Assembly (NCBI GenBank): GCA_010909165.1
Contig: VJWM01000019.1
Coordinates: 1 to 64,000 of the forward strand
DNA: 64,000 nucleotides
Origin: Anthoceros angustus
Lineage: Eukaryota; Plantae; Anthocerotophyta
Direction: 5' to 3'
Within the stretch, counting starts at the first letter, position 1. Every line of letters begins with the position of its first letter. The notes beneath the pieces are model-generated. The model made no database searches. It was not told where the DNA came from and saw only the letters and a program-made list of their open reading frames with translations. Position numbers and translations under genes: made by a program. Of the stretch, positions 37,538 to 52,155 are shown one piece after another.

Positions 37538-39736
37538 ATGAAGATAACAAACTCATCAACTCGAGAGTTCTAAGAGGATACAATATCCGTTCTCCACACT
37601 CGATTCCAAAACCAATCACATACTCGAAGATGGCGAGTGGTCCTTTACGCACCTCAATGTCTTCCAGACGATTTCCCCTTCCAACAGCTTGAAGCAAAAG
37701 AGTCGGGATATGGGTGGTCAGATGCACCCATGCCTTGGCCGGGTCCAAACGACATGTGGATGTGGAAAAGTTTCGTAAGCCTCAAAACGTGATCCATATT
37801 GGGCGAGTAGATCTTTGACCGCTCCACTAGCGTTTTGCAAGAATAGCGAAAGGAGCAAGACCTTTAAGAGCAAGGAAAGCATTCGCAGATATATGAAAGA
37901 AAATTATCCAATTAGATGTGGATGATTTTTCTTATCTTTCAATGGAAAAGTGCCTATCAAAATTGAAGTTGACGACTCTATTGATCGAGAGAAGACAAAG
38001 ATAAAGTCGACATCGAATACAAAGCATCATCAAGACTTACTTTGTGTGGACTCACTTCTTAATGAATCGACATCGACTTTGGAAAAGTCATATGTACAAA
38101 GAAGGAAGAGGAAGACTCGATGACGCAGATGCGGATTTGAAGCGTTTTGTGCAAAGTTCATGTCAACATCCTCATCTTTGAAGAGGTCGCTCACGAGTCC
38201 AACCACGGTAATGATTTTGAGAGCAAGAAAACCGCGAAAAACCTAGACAATTTGCAAAGAAACCTCTTGTAGAGCCATCGCCTTCCCAAGAAGGTAGCTT
38301 GCCTCAAGCAAGTCTTGTGCGGGTGGATACGGTGGTGAAGCCGCCATCTTACCTTCTCTCGCCTATTTCAAGGAGGCTCATGGCGAGCCTGTGACCGTGG
38401 TCTCGGAGCCGTTTGCGAAAAGAAATGTTTTGGGCTTGGTATGGTCGGGAGAGAATATGTTTGAAGACAGGCATGGAAATAAGAGGATACAATATCCAGT
38501 TCTCCACACTCGATTCCAAAACCAATCACATACTCAAGATGGCGAGTGGTCCTTTACGTGCACCTCAATGTCTTCAGACGATTTCCCCTTCCAACAGCTT
38601 GAAGCAAAAGAGTCGGGATATGGGTGGTCAGATGCACCCATGCCTTGGCCGGGTCCAAACGACATGTGGATGTGGAAAAGTTTCGTAAGCCTCAAAACGT
38701 GATCCATATTGGGCGAGTAGATCTTTGACCGCTCCACTAGCGTTTTGCAAGAATAGCGAAAGGAGCAAGACCTTTAAGAGCAAGGAAGCATTCGCAGATA
38801 TATGAAAGAAAATTATCCAGAATTAGATGTGGATGATTTTTTCTTATCTTTTCAATGGAAAGTGCCTATCAAAATTGAAGTTGACGACTCTATTGATAAT
38901 GGAGAGAAGACAAAGATAAAGTCGACATCGAATACAAAGCATCATCAAGACTTACTTTGTGTGGACTCACTTCTTAATGAATTGACATCGGCGACTTTGG
39001 AAAAGTCATATGTGCAGCAAGGAAGAGGAAGACTCGATGACGCAGATGCGGATTTGAAGCGTTTTGTGCAAAGTTCATGTCAACATCCTCATCTTTGAAG
39101 AGGTCGCTCACGAGTCCAACCACGGTAATGATTTTGAGAGCAAGAAAACCGAAAAACCTAGACAATTTGCAAAGAAACCTCTTGTAGAGCCATCGCCTTC
39201 CCAAGAAGGTAGCTTGCCTCAAGCAAGTCTTGTGCGGGTGGATACGGTGGTGAAGCCGCCATCTTACCTTCTCGCCTATTTCAAGGAGGCTCATGGCGAG
39301 CCTGTGACCGTGGTCTCTGGAGCCGTTTGCGAAAAGAAATGTTTTGGGCTTGGTATGGTCGGGAGAGAATATGTTTGAAGACAGCATGGAAATAACAGAG
39401 GATGCCTACATCAAAAACATTTGACTGCCAGAGAGACTATGAAGTGGTGTGCAAACAATGGATACGAGGAACCAAAGGCGCCTAGCTTGGAGGAAGCATC
39501 TAGATGCGTGAAGATGTTGGTGAGAAAATCTTCAATCAATGACATAGATTATAATCGAGGTGGAAGTAGATGAGGACGCAATTCAAGACGTGGATGATGA
39601 TGTACATGAAGAACACGAACAATCGGATAAAGACTTTAGTAATGGAGAAAATGTAGGTATTAAGACCGATGAGCAATTGGAGGAAGACTTAAATATCAAA
39701 GAGGGTTTTCACATTCATGGAAGACTTAAATTATGA
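37538..39736 (+). CDS. Array gene copy 4 with a ~0.9 kb internal duplication (jump at ~38480)
   Basis: GGAAATAAGAGGATACAATATCC joins the U-box region back to the gene's 5' end. Confidence 0.6.
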
Positions 39737-42218
39737 AGTACACCGGACCAAGACTTAAGTAATGAAGAAGATATTGATGAAGAATTAAATGATGGAGAAG
39801 ATTGTGACAAAGACTTTAAGTAATGAAGAAGATTTTGAGGAAGACTTTAGTGATTGAAAGAGATTCGATGAAGACTCAAGTAATTAAGGAGACACTCACG
39901 AATTCATGATGAAGTCAAGGTCGAGTATGAAGCATTGTACAATGAATGATAAAATATTGATCTAAGGAATATGTACGAGGTATGCATAAGGACAAGAACA
40001 AAAGTTTGACCGCTTATAGCTTTTGCGATGGAGTTGGCCACGCGCATGTATGGCTCTTTGTCCTTACTTACTTGGCCTCGGAGTTCGGTGAACCCTAAGC
40101 CCACGAAGGGGTAGGAGCTACAAACAAGAATTGCAAGGGCTCCTCATGAGCGGATGGAAGAAATTATTCATGAGCATGGATGGCATGCTCAAGATGGAGG
40201 CTAGGGTGGCAAGCTTGTGAGTTCAACCTATCCCACTTGCGTTGTGTATGGACACCGCCTACTGTACATTCCCTTCATGGCTGCCTTTTTGCTTCCTACA
40301 GAAAGCCCTTTGAAACAGTCACGATCTCCGGATAAATTGTCGTCACGCTTTAGAATTTGCAACCGAGCCCATGATGGGGTGTGTTCGACGATCCTCTTGT
40401 ACCTCACTTGCTTTCCCTCTTTCATTACCACGCTTCCAAAACCTAACACCTTGATTGTCCTTGGCGGTGCTCCCCAGAAAGAAAAGGAGGAGGGAATAGC
40501 GCTAGCAGCTGCAAAGGTCTTCTCGACAGCCCATCTCACCTCCTCCATGCTCGTATGCGATGCTCAATCGATGTAGGAATTCAAAATATAGGAATCGGAC
40601 GACGATCCGGGTGATGTCACCGCAAGTTACTTTGTGATAGCTAGATTGATGATGGTAGACATAGTTACTATTTGGAACCTCACTTGGAGGCTACAATAGA
40701 GGGATGGTGGATTGCTCCATATGCGACAATCGAAATGATGTGTTGAGACATGTGTAAGAGCATGGTTAATTAGTTTTAATTGTACGACAAATGACATGAT
40801 AGGTTGAGACATGTACAAGAGCATGCACAATTTGGATAAATGACATGATATGTTGAGACATGTATAAGAGCATGCCTAATTTGTTTTAATTATACGATAA
40901 ATGTATATTTTTCCCCAAGAGGGAATGGAAAACCTATAACAACGATACAATACAAAGAATCAAGAGTGTTCTACAAAGAATCAAGAGTGTTTTCCGTTGG
41001 TACGGTCTAGGTGTCACTTTCTCCCCAAGAGGGAATGGAAAACCTATAACAACGATACAATACAAAGAATCAAGAGTGTTCTTGTTGGTACGGTCTAGGT
41101 GTCACGTTAAGATAAAGATCACAAGACGAGGCCACGCGAGCTCGAAATTGCATGCTACTTGGTTCTTGCGAGTCACGGTGTGCGCGACTTCAAGCAATAC
41201 CATGCCATAGTGAGGAAGATGATAAAAGACCACAAAGATCGACGAAATGATGATGATGTCGTGTCACCGCGGCGCATATGACCTCGAGCAAGACCACGCC
41301 TCGGTGAGGGTTAGAGCCTCACCATGCTTGTAAGATGTCTTGGAGCAAAACGTGTTGAAGTAGGACCGGAGAGAAGACAAAGATGAAGTCATTGTCGGAT
41401 AATGAATGACAACATACACGTACTAGTCGTATGAAAATATTAGGATTACATTGCATATACTTAAAGAGAGAGCTTAATATAAGCGTCTTAATTGAGCCTA
41501 CTTGGAGATCATAGCTCTTTAATTGAGCTTGGTCGATACGGTAGCTTACTCGAGATAGATTAGGAAGGATGTCATTCCAAGTGAGGGTCATTATGTTGTA
41601 AGATTAAGAAAAATTGGACCCAAGTGAAGATTATTGCATTAGAAAGTTAAATTGTTGTAAGTAGCTACTATTCTAAATTTGGAGCATAGTGTAATAGTAG
41701 TATTCTAAGCATAATAATAACATAAAATGAACAATACTATAGTTAGCTCATGCCCTTTATAAAGGTTTAGCGGCCTAGAATTCATAAGAAACACTGTACT
41801 ATAGTTAGCTCATGGCCCTTTATAAAGGTTTGGCGGCCTAGTATTCAAAAGTTCTATGCGTTAGCTCATGTGTTTCGCTCTTCACTTGTGGTGTAAAGTA
41901 TATCTCAACATCAAGATATTATATGTTTTGTGTCCTATATATTTTGCTACGTGTCGACTTTATGTGTTTCGTTCCACACTTGTCGCATAAAGCATATCTC
42001 AACAACGTATGAAAAGATTATAATTGCATCACCTATATTTGAAGATATACATGTATTAGCTCTTCAATTGAGCCTACTTGGAGATCATAGCTCTTTAATT
42101 GAGTTTACCCGAGATAGTAGGTCCTCCATTAAAGATTCTTCTCTAGCTTATTAATAAGCTTTCAATACCAATATATTGGACTTGTTATATTGGTACTTGT
42201 GGAGTGAACAATTCACGA

Positions 42219-43510
42219 ATGAAGATAACAAACTCATCAACTTCGAGAGTTCGGAAGAGGATACAATATCCGGTTCTCCACACTCGATTCCAAAACCAAT
42301 CACATACTCAAGATGGCCGAGTGGTCCTTTACGTGCACCTCAATGTCTTCCGACGATTTCCCCTTCCAACAGCTTGAAGCAAAAGAGTCGGGATATGGGT
42401 GGTCAGATGCACCCATGCCTTGGCCGGGTCCAAACGACATGTGGATGTGGAAAAGTTTCGTAAGCCTCAAAACGTGATCCATATTGGGCGAGTAGATCTT
42501 TGACCGCTCCACTAGCGTTTTGCAAGAATAGCGAAAGGAGCAAGACCTTTAAGAGCAAGGAAGCATTCGCAGATATATGAAAAGAAAATTATCCGAATTA
42601 GATGTGGATGATTTTTCTTATCTTTCAATGGAAAAGTGCCTATCAAAATTGAAGTTGACGACTCTATTGATAATCGGAGAGAAGACAAAGATAAAGTCGA
42701 CATCGAATACAAAGCATCATCAAGACTTACTTTGTGTGGACTCACTTCTTAATGAATCGACATCGGCGACTTTGGAAAAGTCATATGTACAAGAAGGAAG
42801 AGGAAGACTCGATGACGCAGATGCGGATTTGAAGCGTTTTCAGTGCAAAGTTCATGTCAACATCCTCATCTTTGAAGAGGTCGCTCACGAGTCCAACCAC
42901 TAATGATTTTGAGAGCAAGAAAACCGCGAAAAACCTAGACAATTTGCAAAGAAACCTCTTGTAGAGCCATCGCCTTCCCAAGAAGGTAGCTTGCCTCAAG
43001 CAAGTCTTGTGCGGTGGATACGGTGGTGAAGCCGCCATCTTACCTTCTCGCCTATTTCAAGGAGGCTCATGGCGAGCCTGTGACCGTGGTCTCGGAGCCG
43101 CTTATGAAAGAAATGTTTTGGGCTTGGTATGGTCGGGAGAGAATATGTTTGAAGACAGCATGGAAATAACAGAGGATGCCTACATCAAAAACATTTGGAC
43201 TGCCAGAGACTATGAAGTGGTGTGCAAACAATGGATACGAGGAACCAAAGGCGCCTAGCTTGGAGGAAGCATCTAGATGCGTGAAGATGTTGGTGAGAAA
43301 ATCTTCAATCAATGACATAGATTATAATCCCGAGGTGGAAGTAGATGAGGACGCAATCAAGACGTGGATGATGATGTACATGAAGAACACGAACAATCGG
43401 ATAAAGACTTTAGTAATGGAGAAAATGTAGGTATTAAGACCGATGAGCAATTGGAGGAAGACTTAAATATCAAAGAGGGTTTTCACATTCATGGAAGACT
43501 TAAATTATGA
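42219..43510 (+). CDS. Array gene copy 5
   Basis: ORF pieces 42176..42463, 42577..42903 and 43176..43430. Confidence 0.7.
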
Positions 43511-46500
43511 AGTACACCGACCAAGACTTAAGTAATGAAGAAGATATTGATGAAGAATTAAATGATGGAGAAGATTGTGACAAAGACTTTAAGTAATGAA
43601 GAAGATTTTGAGGAAGACTTTAGTGATTGAAAGAGATTCGATGAAGACTCAAGTAATTAAGGAGACACTCACGAATTCATGATGAAGTCAAGGTCGAGTA
43701 TGAAGCATTGTACAATGAATGATAAAATATTGATCTAAGGAATATGTACGAGGTATGCATAAGGACAAGAACAAAAGTTTGACCGTTTATAGCTTTTGCG
43801 ATGGAGTTGGCCACGCGCACATGTATGGCTCTTTGTCCTTACTTACTTGGCCTGGAGTTCCGGTGAACCCTAAGCCCACGAAGGGGTAGGAGCTACAAAC
43901 AAGAATTGCAAGGGCTCCTCATGAGCGGATGGAAGAAATTATTCATGAGCATGGATGGCATGCTCGATGGAGGCTAGGTGGCAAGCTTGTGAGTTCAACC
44001 TATCCCACTTGCGTTGTGTATGGACACCGCCTACTTACATTCCCTTCATTGGCTGCCTTTTTGCTTCCTACAGAAAGCCCTTTGAAACAGTCCGATCTCC
44101 GATAAATTGTCGCCACGCTTTAGAATTGCAACCGAGCCCATGATGGGGTGTGTTCGACGATCCTCTTGTACCTCACTTGCTTTCCTCTTTCATTACCACG
44201 TTTCCAAAACCTAACACCTTGATTGTCCTTGGCGTGTGCTCCCCAAAGAAAGAAAAGGAGGAGGGAATAGCGCTAGCTTGGAGGCTACAAAGGTCTTCTC
44301 GACAGCCCATCTCACCTCCTCCATGCTCGTATGCGATGCTCAATCGATGTAGGAATTCAAAATATAGGAATCCGGACGACGCATCCGGGTGATGTCACCG
44401 CAAGTTACTTTGTGATAGCTAGATTGATGATGGTAGACATAGTTACTATTTGGAACCTCACTTGGAGGCTACAATAGAGGGATGGTGGATTGCTCCATAT
44501 GCGACAATCGAAATGATGTGTTGAGACATGTGTAAGAGCATGGTTAATTAGTTTTAATTGTACGACAAATGACATGATAGGTTGAGACATGTACAAGAGC
44601 ATGCACAATTTGGATAAATGACATGATATGTTGAGACATGTATAAGAGCATGCCTAATTTGTTTTAATTATATGATAAATGTATATTTTTCCCCAAGAGG
44701 AATGGAAAACCTATAACAACGATACAATACAAAGAATCAAGAGTGTTCTACAAAGAATCAAGAGTGTTTTCCGTTGGTACGGTCTAGGTGTCACTTTCTC
44801 CCCAAGAGGGAATGGAAAACCTATAACAACGATACAATACAAAGAATCAAGAGTGTTCTTGTTGGTACGGTCTAGGTGTCACGTTAAGATAAAGATCACA
44901 AGACCGAGGCCACGCGCACATGTATGGCTCTTTGTCCTTACTTACTTGGCCTGGAGTTCCGGTGAACCCTAAGCCCACGAAGGGGTAGGAGCTACAAACA
45001 AGAATTGCAAGGGCTCCTCATGAGCGGATGGAAGAAATTATTCATGAGCATGGATGGCATGCTCAAGATGGAGGCTAGGTGGCAAGCTTGTGAGTTCAAC
45101 CTATCCCACTTGCGTTGTGTATGGACACCGCCTACTTACATTCCCTTCATTGGCTGCCTTTTTGCTTCCTACAGAAAGCCCTTTGAAACAGTCCGATCTC
45201 CGATAAATTGTCGCCACGCTTTAGAATTGCAACCGAGCCCATGATGGGGTGTGTTCGACGATCCTCTTGTACCTCACTTGCTTTCCCTCTTTCATTACCA
45301 CGCTTCCAAAACCTAACACCTTGATTGTCCTTGGCGTGTGCTCCCCAAAGAAAGAAAAGGAGGAGGGAATAGCGCTAGCTTGGAGGCTACAAAGGTCTTC
45401 TCGACAGCCCATCTCACCTCCTCCATGCTCGTATGCGATGCTCAATCGATGTAGGAATTCAAAATATAGGAATCGGACGACGCATCCGGGTGATGTCACG
45501 CAAGTTACTTTGTGATAGCTAGATTGATGATGGTAGACATAGTTACTATTTGGAACCTCACTTGGAGGCTACAATAGAGGGATGGTGGATTGCTCCATAT
45601 GCGACAATCGAAATGATGTGTTGAGACATGTGTAAGAGCATGGTTAATTAGTTTTAATTGTACGACAAATGACATGATAGGTTGAGACATGTACAAGAGC
45701 ATGCACAATTTGGATAAATGACATGATATGTTGAGACATGTATAAGAGCATGCCTAATTTGTTTTAATTATATGATAAATGTATATTTTTCCCCAAGAGG
45801 GAATGGAAAACCTATAACAACGATACAATACAAAGAATCAAGAGTGTTCTACAAAGAATCAAGAGTGTTTTCCGTTGGTACGGTCTAGGTGTCACTTTCT
45901 CCCCAAGAGGGAATGGAAAACCTATAACAACGATACAATACAAAGAATCAAGAGTGTTCTTGTTGGTACGGTCTAGGTGTCACGTTAAGATAAAGATCAC
46001 AAGACCGAGGCCACGAGCTCGAAATTGCATGCTACTTGGTTCTTGCGAGTCACGGTGTCGACTTCAAGCAATACCATGCCATAGTGAGGAAGATGATAAA
46101 AGACCACAAAGATCGACGAAATGATGATGATGTCGTGTCACGCGCATATGACCTCGGCGACCACGCCTCGGTGAGGGTTAGAGCCTCACCATGCTTGTAA
46201 GATGTCTTGGAGCAAAACGTGTTGAAGTAGGACCGGAGAGAAGACGAAGATGAAGTCATTGTCGGATAATGAATGACAACATACACGTACTAGTCGTATG
46301 AAAATATTAGGATTACATTGCATATACTTAAAGAGAGAGCTTAATATAAGCGTCTTAATTGAGCCTACTTGGAGATCATAGCTCTTTAATTGAGCTTGGT
46401 CGATACGGTAGCTTACTCGAGATAGATTAGGAAGGATGTCATTCCAAGTGAGGGTCATTATGTTGTAAGATTAAGAAAAATTGGACCCAAGTGAAGATTA

Positions 46501-47080
46501 TTGCATTAGAAAGTTAAATTGTTGTAAGTAGCTACTATTCTAAATTTGGAGCATAGTGTAATAGTAGTATTCTAAGCATAATAATAACATAAAATGAACA
46601 ATACTATAGTTAGCTCATGGCCCTTTATAAAGGTTTAGCGGCCTAGAATTCATAAGAAACACACTATAGTTAGCTCATGGCCCTTTATAAAGGTTTGGCG
46701 GCCTAGTATTCAAAAGTTCTATGCGTTAGCTCATGTGTTTCGTTCTTCACTTGTGGTGTAAAGTATATCTCAACATCAAGATATTATATGTTTTGTGTCC
46801 TATATATTTTGCTACGTGTCGACTTTATGTGTTTCGTTCCACACTTGTCGATAAAGCATATCTCAACAACGTATGAAAAGATTATAATTGCATCACCTAT
46901 ATTTGAAGATATACATGTATTAGCTCTTCAATTGAGCACCTTCGATTACTAGCTTTTAATTGAGTTTACCCAGAGATAGTAGGTCCTCCATTAAAGATTC
47001 TTCTCTAGCTTATTAATAAGCTTTCAATACCAATATATTGGACTTGTTATATTGGTACTTGTGGAGTGAACAATTCACGA

Positions 47081-48367
47081 ATGAAGATAACAAACTCATC
47101 AACTTCGAGAGTTCTAAGAGGATACAATATCCGGTTCTCCACACTCGATTCCAAAACCAATCACATACTCAAGATGGCGAGTGGTCCTTTACGTGCACCT
47201 CAATGTCTTCCGACGATTTCCCTTCCAACAGTTGAAGCAAAAGAGTCGGGATATGGGTGGTCAGATGCACCCATGCCTTGGCCGGGTCCAAACGACATGT
47301 GGATGTGGAAAAGTTTCGTAAGCCTCAAAACGTGATCCATATTGGGCGAGTAGATCTTTGACCGCTCCACTAGCGTTTTGCAAGAATAGCGAAAGGAGCA
47401 AGACCTTTAAGAGCAAGGAAGCATTCGCAGATATATGAAAAGAAAATTATCCGTAATTAGATGTGGATGATTTTTCTTATCTTTTCAATGGAAAGTGCCT
47501 ATCAAAATTGAAGTTGACGACTCTATTGATCGGAGAGAAGACAAAGATAAAGTCGACATCGAATACAAAGCATCATCAAGACTTACTTTGTGTGGACTCA
47601 CTTCTTAATGAATCGACATCGGCGACTTTGGAAAAGTCATATGTACAAGAAGGAAGAGGAAGACTCGATGGCAGATGCGGATTTGAAGCGTTTTCGGTGC
47701 AAAGTTCATGTCAACATCCTCATCTTTGAAGAGGTCGCTCACGAGTCCAACCACGGTAATGATTTTGAGAGCAAGAAAACCGCGAAAAACCTAGACAATT
47801 TGCAAAGAAACCTCTTGTAGAGCCATCGCCTTCCCAAGAAGGTAGCTTGCCTCAAGCAAGTCTTGTGCGGGTGGATACGGTGGTGAAGCCGCCATCTTAC
47901 CTTCTCGCCTATTTCAAGGAGGCTCATGGCGAGCCTGACCGTGGTCTCTGGAGCCGCTTATGAAAGAAATGTTTTGGGCTTGGTATGGTCGGGAGAGAAT
48001 ATGTTTGAAGACAGGCATGGAAATAACAGAGGATGCCTACATCAAAAACATTTGGACCGCCAGAGACTATGAAGTGGTGTGCAAACAATGGATACGAGGA
48101 ACCAAAGGCGCCTAGCTTGGAGGAAGCATCTAGATGCGTGAAGATGTTGGTGAGAAAATCTTCAATCAATGACATAGATTATAATCCCGAGGTGGAAGTA
48201 GATGAGGACGCAATTCAAGACGTGGATGATGATGTACATGAAGAACACGAACAATCGGATAAAGACTTTAGTAATGGAGAAAATGTAGGTATTAAGATGA
48301 TGAGCAATTGGAGGAAGACTTAAATATCAAAGAGGGTTTTCACATTCATGGAAGACTTAAATTATGA
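47081..48367 (+). CDS. Array gene copy 6
   Basis: ORF pieces 47066..47335, 47463..47729 and 48033..48323. Confidence 0.7.
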
Positions 48368-50859
48368 AGTACACCGACCAAGACTTAAGTAATGAAGAAG
48401 ATATTGATGAAGAATTAAATGATGGAGAAGATTGTGACAAAGACTTAAGTAATGAAGAAGATTTTGAGGAAGACTTTAGTGATTGAAAGAGATTCGATGA
48501 AGACTCAAGTAATTAAGGAGACACTCACGAATTCATGATGAAGTCAAGGTCGAGTATGAAGCATTGTACAATGAATGATAAAATATTGATCTAAGGAATA
48601 TGTACGAGGTATGCATAAGGACAAGAACAAAAGTTTGACCGTTTATAGCTTTTGCGATGGAGTTGGCCACGCACATGTATGGCTCTTTGTCCTTACTTAC
48701 TTGGCCTGGAGTTCCGGTGAACCCTAAGCCCACGAAGGGGTAGGAGCTACAAACAAGAATTGCAAGGGCTCCTCATGAGCGGATGGAAGAAATTATTCAT
48801 GAGCATGGATGGCATGCTCGATGGAGGCTAGGGTGGCAAGCTTGTGAGTTCAACCTATCCCACTTGCGTTGTGTATGGACACCGCCTACTGACATTCCCT
48901 TCATTGGCTGCCTTTTTGCTTCCTACAGAAAGCCCTTTGAAACAGTCACCGATCTCCGGATAAATTGTCGCCACGCTTTAGAATTGCAACCGAGCCCATG
49001 ATGGGGTGTGTTCGACGATCCTCTTGTACCTCACTTGCTTTCCCTCTTTCATTACCACGCTTCCAAAACCTAACACCTTGATTGTCCTTGGCGTGTGCTC
49101 CCCAAAGAAAGAAAAGGAGGAGGGAATAGCGCTAGCCTCGAGCTGCAAAGGTCTTCTCGACAGCCCATCTCACCTCCTCCATGCTCTGTATGCGATGCTC
49201 AATCAGATGTAGGAATTCAAAATATAGGAATCTGGGACGTACGCATCTGGGTGATGTCACTGCAAGTTACTTTGTGATAGCTAGATTGATGATGGTAGAC
49301 ATAGTTACTATTTGGAACCTCACTTGGAGGCTATAAAAGAGGGATGGTGGATTGCTCCATATGCAGCACAATCGAAATGATGTGTTGAGACATGTGTAAG
49401 AGCATGGTTAATTAGTTTTAATTGTACGACAAATGACATGATAGGTTGAGACATGTACAAGAGCATGCACAATTTGGATAAATGACATGATATGTTGAGA
49501 CATGTATAAGAGCATGCCTAATTTGTTTTAATTATATGATAAATGTATATTTTTCCCCAAGAGGGAATGGAAAACCTATAACAACGATACAATACAAAGA
49601 ATCAAGAGTGTTCTACAAAGAATCAAGAGTGTTTTCCGTTGGTACGGTCTAGGTGTCACTTTCTCCCCAAGAGGGAATGGAAAACCTATAACAACGATAC
49701 AATACAAAGAATCAAGAGTGTTCTTGTTGGTACGGTCTAGGTGTCACGTTAAGATAAAGATCACAAGACCGAGGCCACTGAGCTCGAAATTGCATGCTAC
49801 TTGGTTCTTGCGAGTCACGGTGCGCACGACTTCAAGCAATACCATGCCATAGTGAGGAAGATGATAAAAGACCACAAAGATCGACGAAATGATGATGATG
49901 TCGTGTCACGCGCGCATATGACCTCGAGCAAGACCACGCCTCGGTGAGGGTTAGAGCCTCACCATGCTTGTAAGATGTCTTGGAGCAAAACGTGTTGAAG
50001 TAGGACACGGAGAGAAGACGAAGATGAAGTCATTGTCGGATAATGAATGACAACATACACGTACTAGTCGTATGAAAATATTAGGATTACATTGCATATA
50101 CTTAAAGAGAGAGCTTAATATAAGCGTCTTAATTGAGCCTACTTGGAGATCATAGCTCTTTAATTGAGCTTGGTCGATACGGTAGCTTACTCGAGATAGA
50201 TTAGGAAGGATGTCATTCCAAGTGAGGGTCATTATGTTGTAAGATTAAGAAAAATTGGACCCAAGTGAAGATTATTGCATTAGAAAGTTAAATTGTTGTA
50301 AGTAGCTACTATTCTAAATTTGGAGCATAGTGTAATAGTAGTATTCTAAGCATAATAATAACATAAAATGAACAATACTATAGTTAGCTCATGGCCCTTT
50401 ATAAAGGTTTAGCGGCCTAGAATTCATAAGAAACACTGTACTATAGTTAGCTCATGGCCCTTTATAAAGGTTTGGCGGCCTAGTATTCAAAAGTTCTATG
50501 CGTTAGCTCATGTGTTTCGTTCTTCACTTGTGGTGTAAAGTATATCTCAACATCAAGATATTATATGTTTTGTGTCCTATATATTTTGCTACGTGTCGAC
50601 TTTATGTGTTTCGCTCCACACTTGTCGCATAAAGCATATCTCAACAACGATGAAAAGATTATAATTGCATCACCTATATTTGAAGATATACATGTATTAG
50701 CTCTTCAATTGAGCCTACTTGGAGATCATAGCTCTTTAATTGAGTTTACCCGAGATAGTAGGTCCTCCATTAAAGATTCTTCTCTAGCTTATTAATAAGC
50801 TTTCAATACCAATATATTGGACTTGTTATATTGGTACTTGTGGAGTGAACAATTCACGA

Positions 50860-52155
50860 ATGAAGATAACAAACTCATCAACTTCGAGAGTTCTAAGAGG
50901 ATACAATATCCGTTCTCCACACTCGATTCCAAAACCAATCACATACTCAAGATGGCCGAGTGGTCCTTTACGCACCTCAATGTCTTCCAGACGATTTCCC
51001 CTTCCAACAGCTTGAAGCAAAAGAGTCGGGATATGGGTGGTCAGTATGCACCCATGCCTTGGCCGGTCCAAACGACATGTGGATGTGGAAAGTTTCTGGT
51101 AAGCCTCAAAAACGTGATCCATATTGGGCGAGTAGATCTTTGACTGCTCCACTAGCATTTTACAAGAATAGCGAAAGGAGCAAGATCTTTAAGAGCAAGG
51201 AAAGCATTCGCAGATATATGAAAGAAAATTATCCAGAATTAGATGTGGATGATTTTTTCTTATCTTTTCAATGGAAAGTACCTATCAAAATTGAAGTTGA
51301 CGAACTATTGATACTGGAGAGAAGACAAAGATAAAGTCAACGTCAAATACAAAGCATCAGCAAGACTTACTTTGTGTGGACTCACTTCTTAATGAATCGA
51401 CATCGGCGCCTTTGGAAAAGTCATATGTACAGCAAGGAAGAGGAAGACTCGATGACGCAGATGCGGATTTGAAGCGTTTTTCAGGTGCAAAGTTCATGTC
51501 AACATCCTCATCTTTGAAGAGGTCGCTCACAGAGTCCAACCACAGTAATGATTTTGAGAGCAAGAAAACCGCGAAAAAACCTAGACAATTTGCAAAGAAA
51601 CCTCTTGTAGAGCCATCGCCTTCCCAAGAAGGTAGCTTGCCTCAAGCAAGTCTTGTGCGGGTGGATACGGTGGTGAAGCCGCCATCTTACCTTCTCTCGC
51701 CTATTTCAAGGAGGCTCATGGCGAGCCTGACCGTGGTCTCTGGAGCCGCTTAAAAGAAATGTTTTGGGCTTGGTATGGTCGGGAGAGAATATGTTTGAAG
51801 ACATGGAAATAACAGAGGATGCCTACATCAAAAACATTTGGACTGCCAGAGACTATGAAGTGGTGTGCAAACAATGGATACGAGGAACCAAAGGCGCCTA
51901 GCTTGGAGGAAGCATCTAGATGCGTGAAGATGTTGGTGAGAAAATCTTCAATCAATGACATAGATTATAATCCCGAGGTGGAAGTAGATGAGGACGAATT
52001 ATCAAGACGTGGATGATGATGTACATGAAGAACACGAACAATCGGATAAAGACTTTAGTAATGGAGAAAATGTAGGTATTAAGACCGATGAGCAATTGGA
52101 GGAAGACTTAAATATCAAAGAGGGTTTTCACATTCATGGAAGACTTAAATTATGA
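50860..52155 (+). CDS. Array gene copy 7
   Basis: ORF 50960..51334 (KVSGKPQKRDPYWASRSLTAPLAF...FQWKVP) and ORF 51376..51753 (...PISRRLM). Confidence 0.75.
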